DNA from: Camelus ferus
Lineage: Eukaryota
Length of the DNA stretch: 64,000 bases
Direction: 5' to 3'
Assembly: GCF_009834535.1 (NCBI RefSeq)
Contig: NC_045697.1
Location: 83,144,001 to 83,208,000 of the forward strand
Shown: positions 13,091 to 25,707 of the stretch, in pieces
Layout: each line of letters begins with the position of its first letter
How positions within the stretch are numbered: position 1 is the stretch's first letter
Notes under the pieces: model-generated
Told to the model about the DNA's origin: nothing
Seen by the model: the letters and a program-made list of their open reading frames with translations, nothing else
Database searches by the model: none
Program-made: the position numbers and the translations under genes

Positions 13091-14824
13091 AGTAGGACCC
13101 CAGTCCTGCCCCCGGACGCTGTGGCGGCTATCACAGGATGTCTTCCGCACGGCTGCTGGGTACCACCTCAGGGAATGAATCTCCCCTTTCCTCTTTATGC
13201 CACTCATTTTACTTCCAAGCTCTGGTTTTCCCCTAGCTATCCGAATAGTCAAAGCAGTGTCTATTCTGTTTTGGATTCCGGAGTAGAGAAATATCGGTAA
13301 GATTTGCTCTCTTTTTCTTTGGTTTGTTTATTTAGGGGAAGTGGAAAGCTTTAATTATTTGGATAATTGTTTCTGATTTCTAATTTATTAGAGGATCACA
13401 CAATCTCACAAAAAACCATCACCACAAGGAACAAGTTATTCTAAAGAACAGAGACAGTCCAGTTCACCAAGTCTTTGGTTGACTACCAATTACATTATGG
13501 CTTGAAATTTTTCCAAATGTAAAAGGTATTAATATCACATATCACCATGCAAATAGAATAAAAATCTTCCATTTCAACTCCAGTAGCAGACACAAAGATT
13601 CATAGGAATTACTACTTAAAAAGATTTCAGCTTTCTTTTCATGCCTAACTCAGAATAGGATTTCTGATGTATTGGTTCATCTGTGAGAAACCTACCTAAA
13701 ATAACCTTAAGTAATTAAAAGTATAAAACTCAATCTCCCGAAGACAAATAGGCTGTCTCCCATTTCTCCCCCAAGTCACACAGAACTGAGCCGCTTGTGA
13801 CGGGAAGTCCTGCCCAACGGTGACCCCTTAGCCTAAGCTAATCACAACGAGGCAACTGGCAATTTGACAAGCAGAGACAAGCTGACAGCTTTTCCTCAAA
13901 CATCAAGCATGCACTATGTTTCCAGTGCCAAGCTGGATTTGACATTTAATTTTAAAAAGTATCTTAACATAGGTCTACGCAAAAAAACTAGGCTGCTGCA
14001 ACACAATCAATTTTGTCTTATTTAAAGCTGAAAAATGTTGATCCCCTAAAGGCAGAATTTTTATAGGAAAAGAATCACTGCTCTACCATCGAGAATACTG
14101 AGTATTAAAAATAATGCATTTTGACTAGTTTAGGGTTTTGGATTTAGCTCCGGAGTACAGACAGTAACAGTGTTTATTAAAGAAGTTAGACTGCTATAAA
14201 TAAAAAATGCCATTACTAGAAAGAATTAGCTAGCAATGTGGACAAAAGTGTCATCAGCTTGATATATAAGAATATACTTATCCATATATGCGGACACATC
14301 TACATGCATATATATGTATCCAGGGAGACTCACATGTGGACACACACGTATACACACACACATACGCTCAGGAAAATATTTTTAGAAATAGAAATGGCCT
14401 TTTAATTATAGGTGAGCGAATACACACATACATTCTTGCCATAATATATTTAGTGATGAGCAGAATCAGTAAAGTTTCATCATATCATCAACTTAACCAA
14501 ATTTAAATATGTCAAGATAATTTTAGTTTTAATTTTGTCAGATAAGTAGTATTTTTTCAGTAAAAGGCTATTCAGTGCACTAGGCTTATTTGTGATTTTT
14601 TTTACAGGCTGAAGAAAACGTAAGATTCTTCACTGACCAATTTCAAAATATTCAGAATATGGTGAGAAACTATGTAAATTTAAAGTATAGTCAAAATTTT
14701 CTTTTTTTTTTTTTTTTTACTATAAGACAAATTTCCTTTTTTTTTTTTAAATTCTTGAAAAGCAAATATCAAGCTGCAAACATTGAGTCCTGCTCACATG
14801 ATTCACTCATTGGATCACTGCTGT

Positions 14825-15298
14825 ACACCCGGCACTATGGGCTCCCAGTCCTAAGGGCCCCTCGACACCGCAGACAAGCCAGGAACTACATTTTCCAGAA
14901 TACCATTCCAAATGTGTTTCCATGTTTGAGTGTAACTGTGAGGGGGACTCAGATTCGGAAGAAATTTGTGATTCTCTCAGGAGGTCATGATGACTTCTCA
15001 GACTTCTCTCTAGTCTCCTGCTTCTCCGTTGAAGACTGATAGCATTCAGAGGATCTTTTCCAGAATTGTCAGCAGTTTCTAACCAACTCTGGAGTCCTCT
15101 TATTCAGTGCTTCAGGCTGATGTCATCAGTGGCTGGTTCTTGACCCTCCTGACCTTCATCACCACCCCTCCACCCCTAACGCCCTCATTCTAGCCCCTCT
15201 CCCCATATTCACATAAGCCCCAAATTCTATACTGAATCATTCTATTCTCTTAGTCCTTACAGCAATTCTGGTTTCTCTACCAAAATCAGAGGAATACC
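14825..15298 (+). mobile_element. LTR33/LTR16-like ERVL solo LTR
   Basis: 'ccaggaactacattttccaga' motif and terminal 'ctggtttctctacc...aatac'. Confidence 0.55.
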
Positions 15299-15349
15299 TC
15301 TTTACTCAATAATATAATAGAGGCTTCTTTAGGGGTCCCTGGATCCAAT

Positions 15350-16147
15350 TCCAACATGCTGGGGAACGGGGTGTTGGGACTTCTCCACCCACCACCAAGC
15401 AATTCTCCCACAGCAGCAAGGTGTTTGAGCATTCAGCTCATCCTGCCACTATCTACCCAGTGAGAGTATTAGAGTTCACACAGGCTATGGCCTCAGTCCT
15501 ACAAGACTGCCCTCTCCCCAACTTCAGAAGCAAGTGGAAAGCCCAGATTGCTACCTGCGCCTCGGAATCACCGGCTATAAATCAGAGGTTCCCTAGACCC
15601 CTCCTGGGATTCAGTTAATTTGCTAGATCAGCTCACAGAACTCAGAGGAACATTTTACTTACTAGATTGCCAGTTTATCATAAAGTGATATAACTCAGGG
15701 ACATAGCGATGGAAAAGGTATACAAGGCAAGATGTGGGGGAAAGGCATGGATCTTCCAGCCTCTCTGAGTGCACTATTCTCCCCAAGCCTCTATCTGTTC
15801 ATCAACCAGGAACCTCTCTGAACCCTGTCCTTTTGGGATTTTATAGAAGTTTCATTACATAAGCATGATTAATTAAATCATTGTCCATTGGCAATTTCCA
15901 GCCCCTTTCCTGTCCCAAGAGAAGGACAGGAGGGTAGGACTGAAAGTACAAACCCGCTAATCACATGGGTGGTTCTCCTGGCAACCAGCCTCCATCCTTA
16001 TGTGGGGTCCAAAAGCTACCTCATTAACATAAAAGACACCTTTCTGGTTCTCATCACCTAAGGACACTCCAAGAGCTTTAGGAGCTTTGTACCAGAAATG
16101 GGAGGAAGATCAAATATATATTTCTTATTATAAAGCACAATATCACA
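15350..16147 (-). mobile_element. MER21-family LTR
   Basis: Ends in 'atatatttcttattataaagcacaatatcaca' (reverse complement of the MER21 start); internal 'ggctataaatcagaggttccc', 'gctcacagaactcag'. Confidence 0.85.
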
Positions 16148-17129
16148 ACGCTATATATTATACCCTTACAGGGGTGTGATTTCAAGGCAGCATTTGGCAC
16201 AATAACCAAAAACCAACAACCGAAAATTTAAAATTTTCCCTCTTTTAAGAAATGAATGACTTCCACAAGAGGTCTTGGTTGTTTTTGAAAGTAAGACTTT
16301 CTTTTCTATTGCATATAAATGTGTGAAGTGATATTTCTCTAAGCTGCTATCAGTCAGATACACGTGAGTGTGAGTAAAGACCCTAGGAGCAAGACCCTCT
16401 ACTGTGAGCACACCACTATAACGCTTAAGGCCGCTCACTCCTCCCTCAGGGATGCTCTCCCAAAGCAGAGGAGGACCATGCTCACTACTTCATTAAGAGA
16501 GAATTTTAAAAGGGTTTTTTTTTTTTTTTTTTACAGTAACAACAATGCTACAACTTCAGAAAACTTGGACGGCTCTGTTTCACACTCAGCTGTTGTTTTT
16601 TCCTTTCCCTTCTACGTAAGCTACTTTGAATGCTAGGATCAAACTTGTTCATTTAGATAATCACCTTCATTTTCCTCATAGTACTTTTCCATAAATACGT
16701 ATACTAGGAAAGCTTACCGAATCAATCAGCAAATAAAAGTGAAAACATAGAAAGTTTAAGGGTTCTTTAATATAAAGACTAGAAAAATATCAAATTATAT
16801 GATGTTTGTATAATTGATAGGATCCATCCATCCACAGCATAATTAGAAGAACAGAAAGACAAAACTGTTTTTTTCTTAAACAGGTGGCCAAGAATATCTT
16901 CTCCCTCTCCTCCCCACTTCTGTCCCTCTGCCCCTTCCCTTCACACACTCACACAAACATACAAAAACACACTCACACAAACCTATTCACACATACACAT
17001 GCTTATAAAACCATACATTTCAAGTTTAAAATGTTACAAATGGACTCCATCTGTTTTCTAAATTCTCAAAATGGCTTTATAATATTTATGGAACAAATAT
17101 CCAATATTTATGTAATCAAACTCAGACTT

Positions 17130-17405
17130 TTGAAATTTCAGTTCCTTTACAAAGCCTCTGATTTCTGTCCCTAACATAATTTTCCTCTCCTTTCATTGCA
17201 AGTACCCTGTATTCTATGTGGATTCTTACCACATCAGTGTTAACACTTAATTTTATTATTTCTTGACTAGTGTTTCTCCCATAGCACTATAAGCTTCTTG
17301 GGAAAAAAAGGTATGTCTTATATTTAGAGCCAAAGTATTTAGAATAGTTTCTAGTATGTTTCAGACCATCAATGAATGCTTGTTGAGGGAATAAATAAAT
17401 GAATT
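17130..17405 (+). mobile_element. L2 3' end
   Basis: 'actataagcttcttggg...agaatagtttctagtatg...caatgaatgcttgttga...ataaatgaat'. Confidence 0.65.
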
Positions 17406-18329
17406 GAGGAACTAGTTTTTTCTCTGAAGTTGGAAGCAATAGTATTAACTTACAGTAAGGAGAATGGTAAATGAACAGCAAAGAAGGGTAAGTAGGTTTA
17501 GAACAAAATGTTCCATATTCAGAAAATAAGCCAAGGAAAGTCCACAAGGAAGATGAAATCAGATAATGATAAAAAATATTTTTGCTCCCTGTTTCTGTTC
17601 TAGAGTAAAAACCCTGCTCCCTCCTTCCATTCCCCCTCTACATGTCTCAGTATCTACCAGATTCCATTGAAATAAAGACCTTCTTCCATCTTACATCTGT
17701 TAACTAGACACGAGATTTGGGCTAAGGGAAGATTGGAAAGAACAGTAAAGAGCAATCAGGGGAAGTGGGTAGCTGTCTGCCTCATTTGTGGCAGCATGAC
17801 TGAATGAGAGAGAGCACCTCATTATGGGGTGAGGCCCAGGAACTTCCACATTCTAACACAGGGACTTTGCTTATCATGCTTTAGGGCTCAGGTGATGAAG
17901 TGTAGCGTTCTCCCTACCTCAGTACAAAGTCAGAGTCGTTCCATTATCCCAGAGATGAGAAGTCCTCTGAATACCTAGAAACAACTTCCTTGGAAGGAAT
18001 GTTGGCGTTCGGGTCGGAATGGTGGTGAGGCTCCCTACAGGCAGCTACACAGAAGCAGCTGTGGGCAAACCACACAGTCTGGGACAATTCGGCATGAAGA
18101 CAGAGGCTTATAGATTCCCACACGGTTACCTGTAAAGCATCACTGTTAGATTCCCCCAAATCATGACTAGACGTTGTGGGGGAGACAGCGGGGCTCACAC
18201 TACTTCATAGGTCAAGGCTATAAACCCAAGATTCTTTTGAGTGACAAGTAAAAAGATTGCCAAATAATTTTGAGAACCTCGCTGAAACTGGAAACCATAA
18301 ATCTGCTCCACATGACAGTGGGGATGAAA

Positions 18330-18800
18330 TCCATTGAAGTTATTCCAGTGATCCAGGTAAAAACAGATGAATTTTGAATTAGTGCAATGGCAGGTGGCAA
18401 TTAGAGAGGCAAATGGATGCTAGAGATGTTAAGAGTGTGGGATCTATAACAATTTATGGCCAATTGAGCATAGAATTTATTGAGAGCTAGGAGGCTAGGG
18501 GTTGAGGCTTGAACCATCGGTAGTGGTTTAATTCACTGAGACAAGGAGAAACGGAGGAACAGACAATTTTATGAGAAAGATGATCTGAGGGTGGACAGCA
18601 TTTACATGGTTTCTGAGTCCCCAGTGATGCTCAAGAAACAACCAAGAAAGAGCAGTACAGTGAGAACAGCAGTGGACCAAATCCTGGGGAAAACAAAATG
18701 TAAAGGCCATGTGTAAGAGGAAGAGACAGAGAATATGGAAGCAGAATGAAAATCACGAGACTGTGATAATTTCAAGAAGGAAGTATTTTGCTCAATTTTG
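18330..18800 (-). mobile_element. L2 fragment
   Basis: 'gtggtttaattcactgagacaaggagaa', 'gatgctagagatgttaagagtg' antisense L2 motifs. Confidence 0.55.
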
Positions 18801-19699
18801 CTGAAACCTCAATGAAGTACAAAGGCAGATATGTGCTCAATTAACTTTACAAGGCAGGACAGCAAAACCATAATAACTATGACACAAAAGCAGAAGAAGA
18901 CTGAGGACTGAGTGATTAATTCAGACTAGGAACACTTCTGTCTGTCCACTCCCTGTGAAACAGCATCAGTGCAGCAATGGCTACATCAGTGACCTCCAAA
19001 CATTTCTGATCACAAATCTGGGTCTGCAAAAATAAAGCTAAATATGATTCTCATTTAAACATAAAAAGTTTATTTTATGGACATATTATAAATATAAATA
19101 TGAATATCATAGCTAACAGTGGATGAAAATACACTTCTATTCCTATTTATTTAAAGTAAATAGATCCAGTAGAAAGTGAGGTGAATGAAAATATATCAAG
19201 AACATATACAGCTGAAATGAGATCTTGGAAACAGTGAAATATGAGGAAGAGTACTTCGATTCTAGGTGAGGGCAATCTGTTTATCTGTCACCACATTATT
19301 TACCATCATTAATCCAATGTGTAAGAAAGATTCAAGAGAGAAACAGAGTGGTATTATTGCAGAAATCTGCATTAAAGAACTCAGCTGTCAAGACTATACT
19401 AATACCTTCCTCACACAGAACAAAACTGACTCAGAGGCAAGCTATTATAGTTATTACGGGACTCCAGTTTTCCAGACATCCACTGAAAATTCCAATTTTG
19501 TTGCAAGTTTTACTTTCCAAGCATTAGAAACATGTGCAACTAGACATCACAACCAGGGACTTCTAAAAATAGTTATGGCGGTCTTTGGCTTGCTTTTAGA
19601 ACTTTCAAATGCTTAAAAGCAACTGAATAGTTAAGAATAAGAATGTACAAGCTACTGTTTTAGTCTGGAAATAAAGTATTGAAAACAATGCGTTTCAGG

Positions 19700-20730
19700 G
19701 GAAATAATGAGAAGGGGTCTTTTGTGGGAAAGAGAAGTTACTGAATTACTCACTGATTCATTTCTCATGACTTAATACCAATGAAAAAGCAAGAATTAGT
19801 TAGTGATGAAGAAATGATGGCAACCTGGGGAGAAAGTAATTTTGTCATCACAGAATTTTGATAGCCATGAAATTGAAGACTGAGCATAATGACTAATGTA
19901 TCCTAGACTTTTGGAAGACAGACTTAAAAGTTCAGGTGTAAGAAAGGTACTAATTCATGCCTCAGAGGCGGACAATGATTCAAGCAGTCTGGTATGCTCT
20001 CTGAAAAAGTATTTCTGGCTATGCAATTACATGTGAGGAAGAAAAATAGAGTCTAGCTTAAAAATCATTTTAGTTGCACCTGAGCTTTGTGGAAATTAAA
20101 TACTGGGAGAATATATTAAGATGGAAATAAGAACATTTAATAAGATGGAAATAAGACATAAAACCAATATGAAGAAGATTAGAGAGTATTACAGAATGTA
20201 AGAATAATGTCATCTGAAGCCTTATAATGTTTAAAAGCTCAAAAATTGCCTTTGTTGAATGCATACAGAACAAAGCTAGCAATGAATGGCTAGACTCACT
20301 GCCTGCAGTTGATGGTGTAAACCTGATAGATAACATTGCAAAAACACACCATCTTATTGTCTCTGTGTTCTCCATAAAGGAAGAGAAATTTTAAACTAAA
20401 ATATATACAGCAAACATTTGTAAGGGGACACAAAAAACTAAGACAAAAAAAGTAGTTTTAAGAGAATACCTCACTGTTCTCTATAAGGTCTACTACCTTA
20501 GAAAAAACCTGTTATCCCAGGAGACTAAGAGAAACCATAAGTGGGGTGGACTGGCCATCACAAGGAATTTGAGTAATCATGAAGAAATACCAAAACACTG
20601 GGGATGGGCAAATTTGGTTGCAATTTTTTTTGAAAGAAAAATAATCTCCCAAAAGGACATACAAGATTAACTAATATTTTGAAAAAGAACAGCTGACTAC
20701 CAGAAGCCAAATGGGTTCATTAGGAACACA
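19700..20730 (+). mobile_element. L3/CR1 LINE ORF2 remnant
   Basis: 'aagaattagttagtgatgaagaaatgatggcaacctggggagaaagt...gtcatc', 'cctagacttttggaag', 'actggggatgggcaaat' resemble the recalled L3 consensus. Confidence 0.7.
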
Positions 20731-20929
20731 TGCATAGCATTTTCTCTCAGTATGTATCACCTTCTCAAGAATTTGTAGTCATGATCTTAGAGAGAGAGAT
20801 TGAGAGCAAGATTTCAGGGTTTTTGAGTATATGTGAGGCATTGTGGAAGCAATACAAAGATGAAATCAATATCTTAAAATAGGCCAGTGAAAAGGGGAAA
20901 AAGGAACAAATTTATTACAAAAATATCAT

Positions 20930-21090
20930 GGGATATAACTCTCACAATTCTGTGAAGTAGATACTTTATCTACTTCAAGTTGAGAAAATTGAATGTTTAA
21001 GGGAATTATGAAAGTGTACTTGGTCATTCAGCTGGTAATGGAAAAACTGAGATTCAAATCTATATCTTGTTGACTTCAAAGTCTGAACTA
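20930..21090 (-). mobile_element. MIR SINE
   Basis: 'ctcacaattctgtgaagtagat...gagaaaattga...ggtcattcagctggtaatgg...gattcaaatc...gacttcaaag'. Confidence 0.75.
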
Positions 21091-21244
21091 ACTTGAACTA
21101 CCAACCTTCAGCTCTCAAAGATGTGGCTAAATGGGCTAAATGAAAAGGGATGCACTTGAAGACATACATCTAAAGCACTTAATTGAATGAAAAAGAAAAA
21201 AAGATACTGTTTAATAACAGGACACATTCTGTGAAATGCACAGA

Positions 21245-21760
21245 GGTTCATTCATTAAACAAGTGTTCAACACTGGTTATCCATCAGGTTCTATTTTACA
21301 CACTCAGGATAAAAGAGTGAACAAAATAGCTAAAAATTCCTGGTATTTGATGTCTATTTCTAGAAGGAAGAGGCAGTTAACAAACATTGTAATTACTAAA
21401 ATATGTAATATGTTAAAAGTTGAATTATATGTTAAGGAGAAAAATAATCAAGCTGAGAAAAGGGGATGGAAAGTTTAGGAAGAAGCTTTCAATTTCAGAT
21501 AGAGGTTTAGGAAAGCCTTTCCAAAAGAGAAGACTCTATGGTAAAGGCAAGAAGGAATTGTGAAAGGGAATAAAAGAGATATCTGTGGAATAAAACTTCA
21601 AAAAGAAAGAACAGCTAGTGCAAAATCCTTAATGTGGAAGTATCTGAAGAATGTTGGGAAGTGAGTGTGGTGGAAACCGGGCTGAGTGGGGAATAAGGAG
21701 GTGGGGAGTAGTAGGAAATGAGACAGACAGCATTGGCCAGATTTGCACAGGAGTTAGGTG
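21245..21760 (-). mobile_element. L2 3' end
   Basis: 'ttcattcattaaacaagtg...gagtgaacaaaatag...acagctagtgcaaaatcc'. Confidence 0.7.
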
Positions 21761-22082
21761 TCAGGTATCTGCCGGGCAAATCAGTGCCAACAGAATTCCA
21801 TGAGGGAAGCCAGCTGGGATAGTCTTCCTTCCAATAGGATCAAGACAGACATATTCTTGCTTAAGTCAATGGAAAACTTTAAACTCAAGAGAACAAGCAA
21901 GGAAAAACCATAAAGAAACTTAAAATCCAAAGATCAGGAGAGGTACAGAAGAAAGTTTAGTACCTAGTAAGTGTTCAGTAGTTATTTGCTGAACGAATCA
22001 ATCGGTGATTAAATAGACTTCTATAACTTTTCATATATGCGGTTATTAAGCCACATGAGAAGAAGCCCAGAGTAAAGCATTT

Positions 22083-22660
22083 TGCAGTAGGGGATTAATC
22101 TTATCCAGAGAGAGTTCTGGCCTTTGGCCTCAGCTTCTAGGAGGTGATCTCTATGTGTCTGGAATGTCTTGGTTCACCTGGGGCCTCTGGGCCACACTGG
22201 ATAGTCTATGTTAACAGTGTGATTTATGATGGGGGCTTTGGGTCACCAGTATCAGCTCAGCCTCTAGACTGCTGGAGACTAAGGCCAGCCACCTGGGCTG
22301 TCAGTCATATCTATGTGACCAAGACCCAATAAAACTCTGGACACCAAAGCTCAAGGGCACTTTCCTGGCTGTCAGTACTCCATGTGAATTAACACAGTGT
22401 TGCTGAAAGAAATCAGCACTGTCTACAACTCCACTGGGAGAGGACAAGTGGGAGATCCTGTGTGGACCATGCATTATGCACCCCTTCCCTCTGATTTTAA
22501 TCCATGTCCTTTCACTATGATAAATTATAACTATGAATATAGTAGCTTTCAGTGAGTTCTGTGAGTTCCTCTAATGATTTATCAAAACTGACAGTAATCT
22601 TGGGAACCCCAAAACTTATTTAATAAGTGAGTGATCTTGCGGATTCCTGAACCTTACAAA
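22083..22660 (+). mobile_element. MER21C-like LTR
   Basis: 'cagagagagttctggcctttggcctcagcttctaggaggtgatctcta', 'ccaataaaactctggacacc', 'gagttctgtgagttcctcta'. Confidence 0.85.
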
Positions 22661-23565
22661 TGTCAAAGTAATAATCTTGCGCCAGAAAGTCAGGGAAACA
22701 TGGGAGGACAATATTAGGAGTAATGTCAGGACACACAGAAATTTTAGGACAATTTCTCAGAAAACCTAAGAGTTTGGGGCCTGTTTTAATGGGCCAATGA
22801 ACCTCCAATGACTTGGTCATTCAATTAAAAGGCTAGGCAATCAAATAATAAGCATCTTCTTTCTCAGAGACCTTTCCCCTGGCAGAGTAATTTGGAATGG
22901 GGTCCTCTTGCTTCACAGTGGAGCTTCTGAGATTTCTAGGGGGAGAATTAATGGATGATGGCTTTTTTACTTTTAATGAAGAAACCCAAAGAGTAGTTCA
23001 TTGGTTTGGGTCAAGATCAGTTGGGTGAAGGGGAGCCAGATGGCTTCTACTGCTCAGATAATCAAATACCAGAAGATTCCTCACAGTTGGCCACTATTGT
23101 GCCCAAAGATGGTTGGTACATGGTCTTTACTGCTTCACAGTATTCTAGACAGTATGCTGCAAATTATTTTGAATTAACTGTAATTTCATAGGGATACAGA
23201 ATTACTATGTTGGAAACTTGGTAATTGGGGACTGTGAAAGCAGGTCTTCCTGGGTTGCTTGGTCTAGAAGGTAGAGCTATTTTAATTTTGCTGAGATAAG
23301 CAAGGCACCAACACATCATTTAGAAAGCAGACAATAGATGTATTCATTGTGAAAAAACTTAAAGAGTGGTCCTTTAAAAGGGCAGGATTTTATAAAGCCT
23401 CTTCAGGAAAATGTTTCAGCTAAACAAAGATGAATTTTCTTACCATCAGAGCTCTGCATTGGCTAAGCACATTACTTCACTGAGTGAGTTTTTTTTGGCA
23501 TTATTAAAGCTCTTTAAGCGTGACTAAAAATATTTTTGTATGGTAATTACGGAAGGAATTCAAGC

Positions 23566-23990
23566 TGTATTAGTTTGGTTGGTTGAACTGCTATATCAAA
23601 TAAACTCAAAAATATATAAAGGTGCAAACACAGAATCAGTGTATTTCTCCCTTACATAACCTTTTAAAGTAAGTGTTTCTGAAGAGCTGGCTGCTTTTAG
23701 CTAGTCCTGATTCAAAAACAGTATCCATTCACCTGAAAGTACTGCCATTTCATAAAATATTATAATTCTCTATACCCAGAATAGGTAGAAAGAGGAAGAA
23801 CGTGGAGGGGACACATCTGCCTCTTAAAAGTCTTGATCTTTGAAGAGCAGATATCGTTTCAACCCAAATTCCAGTGTCTAGAAACCAATCATTGGTTCCA
23901 TCTACCTGTAAAGGAAGCTGGAAAATGAAGCTAACTGAGGCTCAGAAAGAAAGAAAAGCAAGTATTTTCCTGAGGAGTTAGCAGCTTCTG
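23566..23990 (-). mobile_element. Old MLT1 (J/K/L-type) MaLR LTR
   Basis: 'tgtattagtt...aactgctatatcaaataaactcaaaa' and 'ctgtaaaggaagctggaaaatg'. Confidence 0.6.
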
Positions 23991-24039
23991 CTGATGAGCC
24001 ATGACCATTCCATTCCCTGGAATGCCATCGATACTGCCT

Positions 24040-25190
24040 TCTACTGTGAGCCCACTCCATAGTCAACCAAATGATTATGAGCACATTGAAGGGAGAGGAT
24101 GTCATTGGGTAGTGCACACAGATGTACTAAGAATTAGTCATGAAAAACTAACACACTGTCTTTCTTTGGGGTTACCTAAATTAGATATCTTATTTGGCAG
24201 GGACTTTGGAAAAGCATTTCAAGATATTCTATTGTTCAAGAGAGATAAATGAGAAGTAAATTGCAAAGGAGTTACATAAATTATTACCTATTTTAAAAAC
24301 CTTCCCCAAAAGGGTCTAAACAATCAGTTACTAGTCTGGAGGAGGTATCCCTAATGGTGTACTGAAGGACTTAAACCTGATCCTGTACTCATGGAAATGT
24401 TTTTAAATGCCTTGGATTAAGATGTAGAAGTTTTATTGATCAAACTTACTGCCACCAAGTGGAGTCAAGTTTATTAAGGTAATAGAATCAGAATTGGTAA
24501 AGACATAGACACTCAGTAACCTTTAATAAATGGCTTATTTAATAAGTAATGAATATGGAGGAACTTTGTATGGATATAAAAAAAAAACCCTCCTGTTTTT
24601 GGTTTGAACCCATGAACTGCACAGTAACTACTGATAAATGAGAGTAAAGAACTTGACATAATAATGGATCATGTGAAAAGACCTGTGAGTTTCAGGTGAT
24701 TATAAATCCCATGGAGCCATCAATTCACTAAGTGTGCAGTGGAAGGTGTGGGGAAAGACAAAGCAAGATTATGATGTATAAGTAGAAATAAAATGTTTTC
24801 TCAAGGAAATAAACAGTTCTGAATGCTGCAGTCTGATCAGAGCACATGTGGAAAAATTTTAATTTCTACATAACACATTTCAAGGACACTCACATGGTGG
24901 GAGGGTGTATCTCAGTGGTAGACCACATGCTTAGAATGCATGAGTTGCTGGGTTCAATCCCCAATACCTCCATTAAAAATTTTTTTAATAAATAAATAAA
25001 CTTAATTACCTCCCTCCCCCCAAAAAAGGACATCCACAAATGCAGTACATCCTGAAGAAAGACTAGAAAGACTAGAACCACAAAAGTTTGAAAAGAAACT
25101 ATCTTATGAATAGTTGAATGAATTAAAAATGTTTAGAGTAGGAAAGATTATTTTCAGAAGAATTTTCTTGTGAAAGCAGAATTAGCTCTA
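24040..25190 (+). mobile_element. L3/CR1 reverse-transcriptase region remnant, interrupted by SINE
   Basis: 'actagtctggaggaggtatccctaatggtg', 'ttgatcaaacttactg', 'atcttatgaatagttgaatgaattaaaaatgtttag'. Confidence 0.6.
24896..25027 (+). mobile_element. Camelid tRNA-derived SINE (vic-1 type)
   Basis: tRNA-like head with A box 'tctcagtgg' and B box 'ggttcaatcc', tail 'aataaataaacttaattacctccctccccc-aaaaaa'; imperfect TSD aaggacactcaca (24882-24894) / aaggacatccaca (25026-25038). Confidence 0.9.
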
Positions 25191-25329
25191 ATCCTGCTCT
25201 AACCCCACTATACGGTGAATGGCATCTTGCATCAATGTAGTAATGTTATCTTACTTTTTTGAATTATTGTTATATTACTAATATTAATGTTACACTGTTA
25301 TATTGTTAGAATAATAATAATAGCTGAAA

Positions 25330-25578
25330 CAGATTACCTGAGGGAACTTGAGAAAGGAATTCTGCCTCCAGATTGCAATAGAGAAATTCTGCCTAAGTTT
25401 CCACCTCCAGACTCAAGACTCTTACCTGAATCTCCAGCCAGCCAGCTTGCCCTACAGATTTTGGACTTACTGGTGCCTGTAATATATAATAAGACATCTA
25501 TATAGAGAGACATAGATATATACACACACACATATCACCTACTGGTTTGTTCCCAATTGGAGAACCCTGGCTAATACA
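25330..25578 (+). mobile_element. MLT2 (ERVL) LTR 3' part
   Basis: 'gccctacagattttggactt...ggagaaccctggctaataca'. Confidence 0.8.
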
Positions 25579-25707
25579 CCAGGAGACAATCTCTCTCTTT
25601 TCTGTTCTCTATTGCCCTACTCTTTTGATTGTATTAAATATTCCTCTATCAAGCTGAATTTATTTTGTTTATTTTTAAAAATCTCTCATTTGATTATTTT
25701 ACTTGTA

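Noticed and set aside
14659..15039. 126-aa ORF
   Set aside because: Spans poly-T runs and an LTR; no coding-like composition
24899..24972. tRNA gene
   Set aside because: Head of a SINE with tail and TSD; the cloverleaf is degraded
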